Shown here: piece by piece, positions 34,052 through 43,739 of the stretch
Layout: each line of letters starts with the position of its first letter
Position numbering within the stretch: the stretch's first letter is position 1
NCBI GenBank assembly: GCA_029564595.1
Contig: JAKQPS010000051.1
Span: 23,348-87,347, forward strand
DNA length: 64,000 nucleotides
Direction: 5' to 3'
Origin: a bacterium
Lineage (GTDB): Bacteria > UBP15 > UBA6099
Notes under the pieces: model-generated
What the model was told of the DNA's origin: nothing
Databases searched by the model: none
What the model saw: the letters and a program-made list of their open reading frames with translations, nothing else
Made by a program: the position numbers and the translations under genes

Positions 34052-35422
34052 TCAGAATATCAATTTGCCGAAAAGGTCGTATTCATCCGAGCGGGTGATT
34101 TTGACATTGACGAAGGTTCCGGGAGCAGCGTTGCCTTCGAAACGCACGACGCCGTCGATTTCGGGGGCGTCTCGCTCCGAGCGGCCACAGCACAGCGCGA
34201 CTCGATTTTTTCCGGCGCTCTTCATGGGCTTCAAGACGCTCTCGGCGAGAACTTTCAACGTTTTGCCGCGCAACTCGCGGTTCTTTTCAGCGGATATTTT
34301 CTGTTGCAGTTCCATCGCCGCCGCGAGCCGCTCAGCTTTGATTTCTTCCGGGACAGCGTTTTTCATTGACGCGGCCGGCGTTCCGGTTTCGGGAGAAAAG
34401 GCGAAAGCTCCCAGCTTGTCGAAACGGGCTTCGGCGATGAAGTCGAGCAATCGCCGGAATCTGGTTTCCGTTTCTCCCGGGAATCCTACAATCACGGAAC
34501 TTCTTATTGAAATATCCGGAACGGCGCTTCGAAGCAACGATATTGAGCGTTTAACCGCCGCCGCTCCTCCGCGCCTGTTCATCGCTTTTAGAATCGCGTT
34601 GTCGATATGTTGAACGGGCAGGTCTATGTAGCGGCAGACTTTCGGGTTGGACGCTATCGCTTTCGCCAGTCTCTCGTCCACGAGGTCGGGATACGCGTAC
34701 ATCACCCTAATCCATTCTATGCCATCAATGTCGGCGAGGCGGGAAAGAAGTTGAGGCAGCGCGCCGGGCGACGCGTCGGACGAGCCGAACCTCGTGGTGT
34801 CCTGCGCCACCAGCACGAGTTCGCGGACGCCTATGGCAGCAAGGTCGGACGCTTCGCGCTCTATGGACGCGGCGGTCCTGCTTCTGAAAGGCCCGCGCAG
34901 TTTCGGTATCGCGCAGTATGAACATCTATTCGAACACCCTTCGGCTATCTTCAGGTATGCCGTCCACGGCGGAGTGGCGAGCAGGCGGGGGTGAGTGTGA
35001 TTGTGAATGAAAGTGGTCTTAGCGAAGTGACTGGAGGCGGAGCTTTGCAGCAAATCGACAATCTTCGGATATGATGACGTTCCTATGAGCAGGTCGATTT
35101 CAGGGAAAGATTTCGAGAGGGCTGAGCGCTCTTTTTGCGCGAGGCATCCGGCCACCACCAGCGTTATCTCGGGGCGGGCGCGTTTCAGTTCCGCCATCTC
35201 GCCGATGACCGACGCCGACTCTTCCGCCGCCGGCTTGATGAATCCGCATGTGTTGACGATTATGATGTCCGCGGACGCGGGGTCGGCGGAGAAGTCGCAT
35301 CCGGCGACGGCTAGCGCTCCGAGCATCACTTCGGTGTCCACTGTGTTTTTCGGGCAGCCGAGGCTGACGGCCGCCACCATAGGCGCTCTCGGTTTACTCT
35401 TGACTGTTTTCCCTTTCGGCAT
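34052..35422 (-). CDS. rimO: ribosomal protein S12 methylthiotransferase RimO (MiaB-family radical SAM)
   Basis: VSLGCPKNTVDTE and NTCGFI (MTTase N-terminal domain), EGCSNRCSYCAIP (CX3CX2C), C-terminal TRAM-like FVNVKITRSDEYDLFGK. GGGAGGA RBS. Confidence 0.8.
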   Translation of the reverse strand: MPKGKTVKSKPRAPMVAAVSLGCPKNTVDTEVMLGALAVAGCDFSADPASADIIIVNTCGFIKPAAEESASVIGEMAELKRARPEITLVVAGCLAQKERSALSKSFPEIDLLIGTSSYPKIVDLLQSSASSHFAKTTFIHNHTHPRLLATPPWTAYLKIAEGCSNRCSYCAIPKLRGPFRSRTAASIEREASDLAAIGVRELVLVAQDTTRFGSSDASPGALPQLLSRLADIDGIEWIRVMYAYPDLVDERLAKAIASNPKVCRYIDLPVQHIDNAILKAMNRRGGAAAVKRSISLLRSAVPDISIRSSVIVGFPGETETRFRRLLDFIAEARFDKLGAFAFSPETGTPAASMKNAVPEEIKAERLAAAMELQQKISAEKNRELRGKTLKVLAESVLKPMKSAGKNRVALCCGRSERDAPEIDGVVRFEGNAAPGTFVNVKITRSDEYDLFGKLIF

Positions 35423-35514
35423 AAATCCTCCCGGCGCAGGGCATAATAGGCAAAGCGCATTCTAGCGGCAGGGGGCGATTCTGGTCAAACTCAGACCGAG
35501 CGGCGCGGCCCCGG

Positions 35515-36924
35515 CTATTTCTTCAGCGCCACATTTTTTACCGTCGCAATAATGTCGAAAATTGTGAGAATTACGATTTTAAAGTCGAACCAGATAGACC
35601 AGTTTTCGATATAGTAGAGGTCGTATTGAAGGCGTTCGGAAATAGAAGTGTCGCCGCGAAGGCCGTTCACCTGCGCCCATCCGCTCATTCCGGATTTTAC
35701 CTTGTGGCGCTCCATGTAACGGGGGATGCCTTTTTCAAATTTCTCGACGTAGAAAGGGCGTTCGGGTCGCGGCCCGACGAGGCTCATTTCGCCTTTCAGC
35801 ACATTGATAAGCTGGGGGACTTCGTCGAGGGACGACTTGCGGAGCATGTCTCCCAACCGGGTTACCCTCGGGTCTTCCTCTTTCGACCATCCGGGGCCGG
35901 ACTCCGCCTCCGCTTTCATCGTCCTGAATTTGAACATCCAGAACACGCGTCCGTCCATGCCGACCCTTTTCTGCATGTAGAATATCGGGCCGGGCGAATC
36001 CATCCTGATTAGAACCGCGACAAGGAAAAAGAAGGGAGAAAGAGCTATCAGCGCCGGTATGGAGATAGCGATATCCACAGCCCGCTTGACGGCCGCGTTG
36101 AACCCCCTGATTCGCAGCCCTTTGACTCGGATTAGAGGAGAGCCGCAAACCTCCTCGAAAAATCTCGGCCCGACCAGCAGTTCTACCATGTCGGGGTCTA
36201 TCAGGCACTCGATGGCCCGCTTGTCGCACAAATCCACTATGTCTTTCATCCTGTCGTGGTAGCCTGACTCAAGGGAAACCACCACCATGTCTATCCCATG
36301 CGTGACTATGATTTCTTCCATTTCGTCCAGAGAGCCGAGCAGAGGCGCGCTTCCGAGCGCGCCGGCTTTCTCTTCTTCAACGTAGCCGACAAGTTTGTAG
36401 CCGAGGTCGGCCCTGCCCGTGAACTTTTCAGCGATCCTCTCAAAATTCCGGCCTGTTCCTATCAGGAGGACTCTTTTCTGTCCTTTACCCCTTCGAAGCA
36501 GGGCGCGCTCGAAAGACACAACGACGATCCTGCCCGATGAAAGAAGGATGTAGCCGATAATCGCCGCGTAACCTATCGTCAGCCGGGAGTATGAAAAGTC
36601 GCGGTAGAAGAAAGATAAAGCCAGCAGAATGACGAGGCTGATTGAGGAAGCCCGGATGGCTCCGAAAACGATGTCGATACGGGAAGCTCCGCGCATCGGC
36701 CTGTACATGCCCGACACAGCCATGAAATAAATGTTTAGAACGGTGAAAAGAATCGCTAACGCGATATAGTTTTCCTGTGGAGGAATCTCGGTTTCTTTAG
36801 ATATCTCCGCGAATCTTATTTGATACGCGATGATGAAAGTCGCGACTGAACACGCCACATCGGCGACCGCGCGCAAGGCTAGCATGGCCCCTTGAAAAAC
36901 ATTCGCGGGAGACGACCTTCTCAT
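35515..36924 (-). CDS. polyprenyl-phosphate sugar phosphotransferase (WbaP/EpsL-type priming transferase)
   Basis: N-terminal TMs and Bac_transf core PGPIFYMQKRVG...DEVPQLINVLKGEMSLVGPRPERP. ATG 36924 forms an ATGA overlap with the upstream stop. The longer ORF extension to 37236 is Arg-rich and overlaps the GT gene. Confidence 0.9.
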   Translation of the reverse strand: MRRSSPANVFQGAMLALRAVADVACSVATFIIAYQIRFAEISKETEIPPQENYIALAILFTVLNIYFMAVSGMYRPMRGASRIDIVFGAIRASSISLVILLALSFFYRDFSYSRLTIGYAAIIGYILLSSGRIVVVSFERALLRRGKGQKRVLLIGTGRNFERIAEKFTGRADLGYKLVGYVEEEKAGALGSAPLLGSLDEMEEIIVTHGIDMVVVSLESGYHDRMKDIVDLCDKRAIECLIDPDMVELLVGPRFFEEVCGSPLIRVKGLRIRGFNAAVKRAVDIAISIPALIALSPFFFLVAVLIRMDSPGPIFYMQKRVGMDGRVFWMFKFRTMKAEAESGPGWSKEEDPRVTRLGDMLRKSSLDEVPQLINVLKGEMSLVGPRPERPFYVEKFEKGIPRYMERHKVKSGMSGWAQVNGLRGDTSISERLQYDLYYIENWSIWFDFKIVILTIFDIIATVKNVALKK

Positions 36925-38021
36925 CCCGCGCTCTCCTTGCGCAGGCGGTGTTTTTCTTCCACAAAGTCCGCGATTTTTCTTTTGAAAACGGAGACGTCGA
37001 AAGTCTCCGCGTGGGCGCGTATCCTTTGCGGATCCACAGCCTGCCAGTCGAAACGCCGCACTGCCTCTTCGAGCGCGTCTGGAGTTTGCCGGTCGAAAAA
37101 CGCGCCGGTTGCGCTGCTCGCCACCGTTTCGAGCGCGCCTCCCGCTCCATACGCGATGACGGGCCGGCCCGATGCTTGCGCCTCCAGTGGTGTGATGCCG
37201 AAGTCCTCTTCGCCCGGAAAAATGAACGCGCGGCATTTCGAATACAAATCAGGTATTTTTTCGTCCGGCACGAATCCCAGAAACTCTATATTCGGCTTGG
37301 CTTTGGATTTAAGCCTTTCCATTTCCGGCCCTGAACCTGCGATAAGCAACTTGTGTCCCAGCCTGTTGAACGCCTCGACCGCCAAGTCCACGCGCTTGTA
37401 CGGCACGAGTCGAGAAACGACAAGGTAGTAGTCTTCAACCCCGTCCGAAACCGCGAATCTGGACGCTTGCACCGGAGAGTGTATCACCGCGGCTTCTCTT
37501 CTGTAGTGTTTCATTATGCGTCGGGCGACATTTCGAGAATTGGCGACAAACCAGTCCACACGGTTCGCCGCGGCGACATCGTGCGCTCTGAGGTAGTGGA
37601 ACAGCAGCCGCATCGGCCATCGGGAGACCCTGCCGAACCCGGCTATGTATTCATGGTAGAAATCCCAAGCGTATCTCATCGGTGTGTGGACGAAACAGAC
37701 GTGGCATGTCGTCGCCGGAGTTATCACGCTTTTGGCCGACATGTGGTGGCTGCTCAGAACCACGTCGTATCCGCTCAAGTCGAAGCTCTCGAACGCCATA
37801 GGAAAAAACGGCATGAACAGGCGATGCTTTTTTAGAGCAAATGGGGCTTTCTGCAGAAATGAGGAGATGACCGTCCTATCAGAAAACCGGTCGCCCAATG
37901 CCGCGCGGTCATAGAGCGCGGTGTAAATCGGCGCTTCCGGGTACACGTCCGCGAATTCCCTGACAACTAGGTCCGAGCCTCCCCATGTCACGAGGAACTC
38001 GTGGACCAGAGCGACCTTCAT
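36921..38021 (-). CDS. glycosyltransferase family 4 (GT-B)
   Basis: MKVALVHEFLVTWGGSD... and EDFGITPLEAQASGRPVIAYGAGGALETV (E-x7-E). The start overlaps the upstream stop by 1 nt. Confidence 0.9.
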   Translation of the reverse strand: MKVALVHEFLVTWGGSDLVVREFADVYPEAPIYTALYDRAALGDRFSDRTVISSFLQKAPFALKKHRLFMPFFPMAFESFDLSGYDVVLSSHHMSAKSVITPATTCHVCFVHTPMRYAWDFYHEYIAGFGRVSRWPMRLLFHYLRAHDVAAANRVDWFVANSRNVARRIMKHYRREAAVIHSPVQASRFAVSDGVEDYYLVVSRLVPYKRVDLAVEAFNRLGHKLLIAGSGPEMERLKSKAKPNIEFLGFVPDEKIPDLYSKCRAFIFPGEEDFGITPLEAQASGRPVIAYGAGGALETVASSATGAFFDRQTPDALEEAVRRFDWQAVDPQRIRAHAETFDVSVFKRKIADFVEEKHRLRKESAG

Positions 38022-39172
38022 CAAAGCCTCCAGAGAATATCCTCTATCCTCCTGATGTGGGAGTCCATCATGTGGCGCTCCCGTACGGCGTCGGCGGCGT
38101 TGTCGCCGAAAACCTTCGTCACGTCCGGATTCTCCAGCATCTCCACCAGAGCGCCCGCCATCGCCGCCGAGTTCCCCGGCGGAATAATAATCCCGGATTC
38201 CCCATGCCTTATCAATTCCGGAATCGCTCCGCATCTTGTGGCGACAATCGGTTTTCCGAGAGCCATCGCGTCTAGAGCTTCGAGAGCGTCCGAATCGCGA
38301 GAGCAGGATGCGCAAACATAAACGTCTGACGTGTCGATAATGTCGTATCTGTCGTCGCGCACCTGAGCCACCGTCACATGTTCAGCGATTCCGATGTCTT
38401 CGGCCACTGCTTCCACGTCCTCTTTTACCATTTCGGATGAAGAGTAAAAGTCTGCGGCAAAAATGAAATGGATGTTGGAAGTCTTTTCAAGAGTGAGAGC
38501 GGCCGCCTCCATGAAAATGTCCGCCGTGTCGAAGTCCGCAGAAGACGGAGCCGCGCAGACAACGCGCGCGTCGAGCGGCGCTCCGAGCGCGTCCCGCACT
38601 GATTCCCACCGCCTTCGCGTGCGCACTATCTCCATGTCAACGCCGTCCGGCACGACTACGACTCGGGAAGAATTGCCGAATTGACCTGCCGACAGATTCG
38701 TATTGCACACGATTTTGCTCGGCCCCCACAGCGCGGCGCTTGTGAAAACAAGGCTCATCGGAGGCCGGATATAGTCTCTGAAATGCCAGACGACTTTAAC
38801 CCCGGCGAGCCTGCCTGCAACAGCTCCGACTATGTGAGACAGCGCGGAAGCGGTGTACACAGCCGCCGGCTTCGTTTCCTTCATAAGCGCCGCCGCCCGG
38901 CCTATCACCGGAAGCGATCTGTAGATGTCTATTAGCCCGGAAGGCCTGAAAAAAACGCCTTCTTTCAAGTTCATAAGCTCGGGGTTTATCTCTATCTTCG
39001 CGACATCTATTTCTGCCCGCTCCATGCGGCCAGCCATAACTCCGTCCGAAAGGTCTAGAAAAACAGGCTGAAACCTATCCCTGTCCATTCCTGAGACAAG
39101 CCCGAACACCGCGTCGCTGCGCCTGTCCATTCCGTCTCTGTCTGATATGAATAGTATCTTTTTTTTAAACAT
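38021..39172 (-). CDS. glycosyltransferase family 4 (GT-B)
   Basis: KKILFISDRDG... and DSDALEALDAMALGKPIVATRCGAIPELIRHGESGIIIPPGN. Start is either ATG 39172 or TTG 39190. Confidence 0.85.
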   Translation of the reverse strand: MFKKKILFISDRDGMDRRSDAVFGLVSGMDRDRFQPVFLDLSDGVMAGRMERAEIDVAKIEINPELMNLKEGVFFRPSGLIDIYRSLPVIGRAAALMKETKPAAVYTASALSHIVGAVAGRLAGVKVVWHFRDYIRPPMSLVFTSAALWGPSKIVCNTNLSAGQFGNSSRVVVVPDGVDMEIVRTRRRWESVRDALGAPLDARVVCAAPSSADFDTADIFMEAAALTLEKTSNIHFIFAADFYSSSEMVKEDVEAVAEDIGIAEHVTVAQVRDDRYDIIDTSDVYVCASCSRDSDALEALDAMALGKPIVATRCGAIPELIRHGESGIIIPPGNSAAMAGALVEMLENPDVTKVFGDNAADAVRERHMMDSHIRRIEDILWRL

Positions 39173-39358
39173 CAGTCGGTCGCCGGACAACGAATAATGA
39201 ACTCTCTTTTATAAATAATAGAACAAAAAGCGCGCGCGATAAAGGGTTTGCGCCAATTGCCGGGAGAATAGAACCGATGAACGTCGGATTAGATTGCGCC
39301 GGGAATTCAAAAAAAAAGCGCAAGAGGCTATATTATAATTAAAAAGGAAAATTTCAAG

Positions 39359-40363
39359 ATGACTGAAAACAATGGACGGGAAGCGGCCGCCGCGTTGCCG
39401 GACGCAAGCGCCCATCAAGTAAACAAAGACCTTAAGGAACTCCGAAGAAAAGACAATAGAGAAATGCCCGCGCGCCAACGCATAAAGTATTTTTTATTGC
39501 GGGCGGCGGTTTTCGCTATGGGTAAAATAGCGTCCATAGCGCCGGAAAAGCTCACTTACGGCGTCTGTGTGAAACTCGCGTTGATAGCCGAAAAGCGGCT
39601 GCCCAGATTCCGCAAGCTTGCGCGGGAACACTTGGAGATAGCCTTCGGCGCGGAAAAATCGCCGGAGGAAATCGACGACATTCTCCATAGGACTTATATC
39701 AACTACGGCATGAATCTCGCCGAATTCTTCATGATTCCGCACAAAAGCAAGGAATGGATCGAGAAAAAGGTCAACTTCCACGACCCCGACTGGATTATCA
39801 GAACCCATCACCAGCAGGGCAAAGGCATAGTGTCGCTGGCAGGGCATTTCGGGAGCTGGGAGCTTGTCGGAGCGCGGCTGGGCATTTACCATTACCCTAT
39901 AGTCGCGGTCGTGCGCGCTCAGAAAGACGCTCTTTTCTCTAAATTCATGATGGAGACAAGAAACAAATGGGGAAACGAATATATTTTCAGGGAGCGCGGC
40001 GTAAAAGAGGAATGCTTCAGGCAGTTGGACCAGAATAAAATCCTCGGATTGATGGCTGACCAGAATTCGAACAGGGGCGTGTTCGTGAGTTTTTTCGGCA
40101 GGGAAGCCTGCACCGCGACCGGCCCTTCGGAGATAGCCATGACCCGCGGGATTCCGGTCATTCCCGGATTCCCGGCGCGAAATCCCGATGGGACGATAAC
40201 CCTGTATATCAAAGAGCCGATTCAGATGAGGAACACAGGAGACTGGCAAGCCGACATCGCGTATAACACACAAAGGTGCAACGACGTTCTCGAAGCTTTT
40301 GCGCGGGAGCATCCTACCGAGTATTTTTGGTGGCACAAGAGATGGAAAAAGAAGAGACCGTAA
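39359..40363 (+). CDS. lipid A biosynthesis (Kdo)2-lipid IVA-type acyltransferase, LpxL/HtrB family
   Basis: LAGHFGSWELVG carries the H-x4-E/D acyltransferase motif; length and context fit. TATAAT at 39334-39339 lies upstream. Confidence 0.7.
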   Translation: MTENNGREAAAALPDASAHQVNKDLKELRRKDNREMPARQRIKYFLLRAAVFAMGKIASIAPEKLTYGVCVKLALIAEKRLPRFRKLAREHLEIAFGAEKSPEEIDDILHRTYINYGMNLAEFFMIPHKSKEWIEKKVNFHDPDWIIRTHHQQGKGIVSLAGHFGSWELVGARLGIYHYPIVAVVRAQKDALFSKFMMETRNKWGNEYIFRERGVKEECFRQLDQNKILGLMADQNSNRGVFVSFFGREACTATGPSEIAMTRGIPVIPGFPARNPDGTITLYIKEPIQMRNTGDWQADIAYNTQRCNDVLEAFAREHPTEYFWWHKRWKKKRP

Positions 40364-40411
40364 ATGACGGCTGGCGGCCGGACCGAGCCGCTTTAGGGGG
40401 GGAACTGTTCT

Positions 40412-42310
40412 ATGACCGACAATTGCGGCTTCGACATCGAAAACCTTAAGGCGAGATATCCCGGAAAATTTGCGGACGAAAAAGAGATATTCGGGCGCAT
40501 AAACAGAGGCGACCGCATCTTCATCGGAACCGCTTGCGGAGAGCCTCAATATCTGGCGGGCGCTCTGATAAGGTTCGTAGACGAAAACCCCAAGGCGTTT
40601 TTTGACGCCGAAGTCTTTCAGGTATGGTCTCTCGGAATAGCCCCGTACACGGACGAGAAATTCAAGTCCAACTTCAGACACAACTCTTTTTTCATAGGAG
40701 ACACCACGAGGGACCGCGTCAATCAGGGAATGGCGGATTACACGCCGATATTTCTCTCTCAAGTTCCGGACCTGCTTAGGCGGAGACTTATAACCATAGA
40801 CGTGGCGATGGTTCAAGCCTCCCCGCCCGACGAACACGGATACATGAGCCTCGGCGTCAGCGTCGACATAACAAAGGCGGCGTTCGAGAGCGCCCCATTG
40901 CGAATCGTCCAGCTAAATCCCAGAATGCCCCGCGTGCACGGCGACACTTTTATTAACGCTCGCGATGTCGATTTCATGGTGGCGCGGGATGAGCCGCTTC
41001 TGGAGTTCGATGCGAAAGTTCCCGACGACATAGCGGCAAGAATCGGCGACTACGTTTCCCGCATCGTTCAGGACGGAGACACCATTCAGGTCGGGTATGG
41101 CAGCGTTCCCAACGCGATAATGGCCGGTCTCAGCGGAAAGAAAGACCTCGGCGCTCACACTGAACTTCTTACGGACGGCATGGCGATGCTGATGCGGGAT
41201 GGGGTCATTAACAACTCGAAGAAGACCGCTCACAGGGGAAAAACCGTCGCCTCGTTCTGCATGGGACACAAAGAAACCTACGAGTTCATACACGACAATC
41301 CCGGAATCGAATTCAGACCGATAGACTATGTGAACAACCCGATGGTTATTGCCCGCAACTCGAACATGACAGCCATAAACAGCGTGCTGGAAATTGACCT
41401 GTCGGGGCAGGCGACAGGAGACTCCATAGGCAAGACTTTTTACAGCGGGATCGGCGGCAGCGCGGACTTCATGAGAGGCGCGGTAATGGCTCCCGGCGGC
41501 AAAACAATTCTCCTTCTTCAATCCACCGCCCGCGACGGAGAGGTGTCGCGCATAGTTCCTTTCCTTTCCGAAGGCGCCGGCGTCACCATCTGCCGTGGCG
41601 ACGTTCATTACGTAGTCACAGAATATGGAATCGCATATCTGCACGGTAAAAACATAAGAGAGCGCGCAATGTCTCTGATAGCCATTGCCCACCCCGATTT
41701 TCGCGAACCTCTCATCGAACAGGCAAAAAAGAATAATCTCATATACAGAGACCAAGCGTACATACCCGGCAAACCGGGAATATATCCGGAAGAGCTTGAA
41801 GTTGTCAGACGCACTCGCGGAGGCTTGGAGCTTCTTCTCAGGCCGGTCAAAATGAGCGACGAGTCGTCTTTGAAGGATTTCTTCTACTCTCTGTCCGACA
41901 AAAGCATGTTCAGGCGGTTTGTCTCTCAACGCAAAGACATGCCTCACGAAAGGCTTCAGGAATTCGTCATAATAGATTACACAAAAGAGATGGTTATACT
42001 CGCCACCGTGCAGGAAGGCGAAAAAGAGAGAATTGTCGGCATGGGGCAGTATTACATTTATGACAACGCGCATACCGCCGAGGTGGCTTTCGCGGTAGAT
42101 GACGAGCATCAGAACATGGGGATAGGGACGACGCTGCTGGATTATCTTAACCTGCTCGCGGCCCGGCAGGGACTTCTCGGACTGACCGCCGAAGCGCTCG
42201 CTGAGAACACACCGATGATTCGCGTCTTCGAGAAAAATGGTTTCGAGATAATCAACCGGAATATCGGCGGGATGTGGGAACTGAAGAAGATATTCAACCG
42301 GGTTGTATAG
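40412..42310 (+). CDS. acetyl-CoA hydrolase/transferase domain fused to a C-terminal GNAT acetyltransferase
   Basis: N-terminal ~470 aa are AcetylCoA_hydro-like (IFIGTACGEPQ, VQLNPRMPRVHGD, SGIGGSADFMRG). The C-terminal GNAT has HQNMGIGTTLL and FEKNGFEI. Confidence 0.8.
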   Translation: MTDNCGFDIENLKARYPGKFADEKEIFGRINRGDRIFIGTACGEPQYLAGALIRFVDENPKAFFDAEVFQVWSLGIAPYTDEKFKSNFRHNSFFIGDTTRDRVNQGMADYTPIFLSQVPDLLRRRLITIDVAMVQASPPDEHGYMSLGVSVDITKAAFESAPLRIVQLNPRMPRVHGDTFINARDVDFMVARDEPLLEFDAKVPDDIAARIGDYVSRIVQDGDTIQVGYGSVPNAIMAGLSGKKDLGAHTELLTDGMAMLMRDGVINNSKKTAHRGKTVASFCMGHKETYEFIHDNPGIEFRPIDYVNNPMVIARNSNMTAINSVLEIDLSGQATGDSIGKTFYSGIGGSADFMRGAVMAPGGKTILLLQSTARDGEVSRIVPFLSEGAGVTICRGDVHYVVTEYGIAYLHGKNIRERAMSLIAIAHPDFREPLIEQAKKNNLIYRDQAYIPGKPGIYPEELEVVRRTRGGLELLLRPVKMSDESSLKDFFYSLSDKSMFRRFVSQRKDMPHERLQEFVIIDYTKEMVILATVQEGEKERIVGMGQYYIYDNAHTAEVAFAVDDEHQNMGIGTTLLDYLNLLAARQGLLGLTAEALAENTPMIRVFEKNGFEIINRNIGGMWELKKIFNRVV

Positions 42311-42372
42311 CCGAACGGCTATTCATTATCCCGGTCTCCTGCGATGTTGTCAGCCTTTCGGCAAATCCGAGG

Positions 42373-43737
42373 CTATTCCTGCGGCTTTCCGTGAGAAATC
42401 TTGTTCCAAGCGTTAAGTTCCACCACCATGCTCTCTTTGATTTTTCTGAGTTCTTCGTCGGAGAAATCAGTGAAATTCACCAATATCTGCTCGCCCTGTT
42501 CTCCGAGAGAAAGAAGGAATTTTTCCATGTCGGGAATTTTTCCTTCGCGCATCGCGATATTGAAAAGCTCGGTTCCGGGGTATGGGGTGGCAAAGAAAAT
42601 GACTTCGGGATTCAAGTCGCAGCTTTTGCAGAAATCTATGGTTTCGCGCACCGTTTCCCGCGTTTCTCCGGGCAGACCCGCGATAAGCGAGCAGTCCGCC
42701 CATCCCATATATTTCTGAGTCAGTTTGATCGCGTTCCTCGCCTGTTCCACAGTCACTTGCTTCTTGATGTTTTTGAGTATGCGCGGGCTTCCTGATTCTA
42801 TGCCATAGCCGAGCAGGACGCATCCCGCTTCGCGCATTCTTGCGATCAGCGGTTCCGTCATAAGGTTGGCGCGTCCGGCGCAACCCCATTCAATCCCCGC
42901 GTTCTCCCTCATCAGCAGGTCGCAGAAATCGAGCACGTTCTTTCTGTCAGTGATGAAGCAGTCGTCCGTGAAATGGAAATATTTGACGTCGAAGCGCTCT
43001 TTAAGCGCCATGATTTCCTCAAAAATTCCTGCGGCTCGCCGCCGCCTGAATCCTGCTCCCATGAAGTCGTGATAACAGAAGATGCATTTATAGGCGCACC
43101 CCCTGCTTGGAGTGAGATTCATCGAGCGCGGAATGTCCCCGCCGCCAGCGCCTCCGTCGACCCATTTATTCACGTTCACCGCGCCTATCGGATTTCGGCA
43201 GTAAACATCCATCGGGAAAAGCTCCCATTTAGGGAATGGAAGCGAATCAAGGTCGGCGATGGGCGAGCGGGGCTTGTTCGCGACGACCGCTCCGTCCTCT
43301 CGCCGCCACAGCCCGGCAATGGAGGAGACATCTCCGCCCCGCTCAAGATTGTTTGCCAATTCGACAATCGTCTCTTCGCCTTCTCCCACGCAAAGAAAAT
43401 CGACAGGCGTGTTGTTCATCATGACTTCGGGCGAGGAAGTCGCGCAGCTTCCGCCCATTATGACCGGTCTGTCGGGATGCGCCGCCTTAAGTTCAGAAAC
43501 GACGCTCTTAATATTTTTGTAAACGGTTATTATCCCTCCGACGCCTGCAATGTCGTAGTCTGCTTTTTCAAAGAACTTCAGCCTGTCCTCGCGCGAGGGA
43601 CGGAGCGCGTTCATGTCGTAAATCTCAACTTCATGGCCGGCATCAGTCAAGGTTGCGGCCATGTAGCCCAAGCCGGACGGGAAACAGTTCGGAGCCGCCC
43701 ATTCCCGAATCGTCGGATTGATGAAAAGAACCTTCAT
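42373..43737 (-). CDS. B12-binding-domain radical SAM enzyme (class B)
   Basis: N-terminal cobalamin-binding fold (KVLFINPT...GLGYMAATLTDAGHEVEIYD) and radical SAM cluster SRGCAYKCIFCYH. Confidence 0.85.
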   Translation of the reverse strand: MKVLFINPTIREWAAPNCFPSGLGYMAATLTDAGHEVEIYDMNALRPSREDRLKFFEKADYDIAGVGGIITVYKNIKSVVSELKAAHPDRPVIMGGSCATSSPEVMMNNTPVDFLCVGEGEETIVELANNLERGGDVSSIAGLWRREDGAVVANKPRSPIADLDSLPFPKWELFPMDVYCRNPIGAVNVNKWVDGGAGGGDIPRSMNLTPSRGCAYKCIFCYHDFMGAGFRRRRAAGIFEEIMALKERFDVKYFHFTDDCFITDRKNVLDFCDLLMRENAGIEWGCAGRANLMTEPLIARMREAGCVLLGYGIESGSPRILKNIKKQVTVEQARNAIKLTQKYMGWADCSLIAGLPGETRETVRETIDFCKSCDLNPEVIFFATPYPGTELFNIAMREGKIPDMEKFLLSLGEQGEQILVNFTDFSDEELRKIKESMVVELNAWNKISHGKPQE

Positions 43738-43739
43738 CT

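Noticed and set aside
36925-37236. N-terminal 104-aa extension of the sugar-transferase ORF, and the similar 98-aa extension of the GT4 ORF at 38022-38315
   Set aside because: The extensions are Arg/Gly-rich and overlap the 3' ends of the upstream genes. Internal ATGs create the classic ATGA/TGATG coupling junctions, and homology starts there.
39494-42109. 447-aa and 398-aa minus-strand ORFs opposite the LpxL-like and acetyl-CoA hydrolase-GNAT genes
   Set aside because: They have no motifs or RBS, and the plus-strand genes carry clear family signatures.
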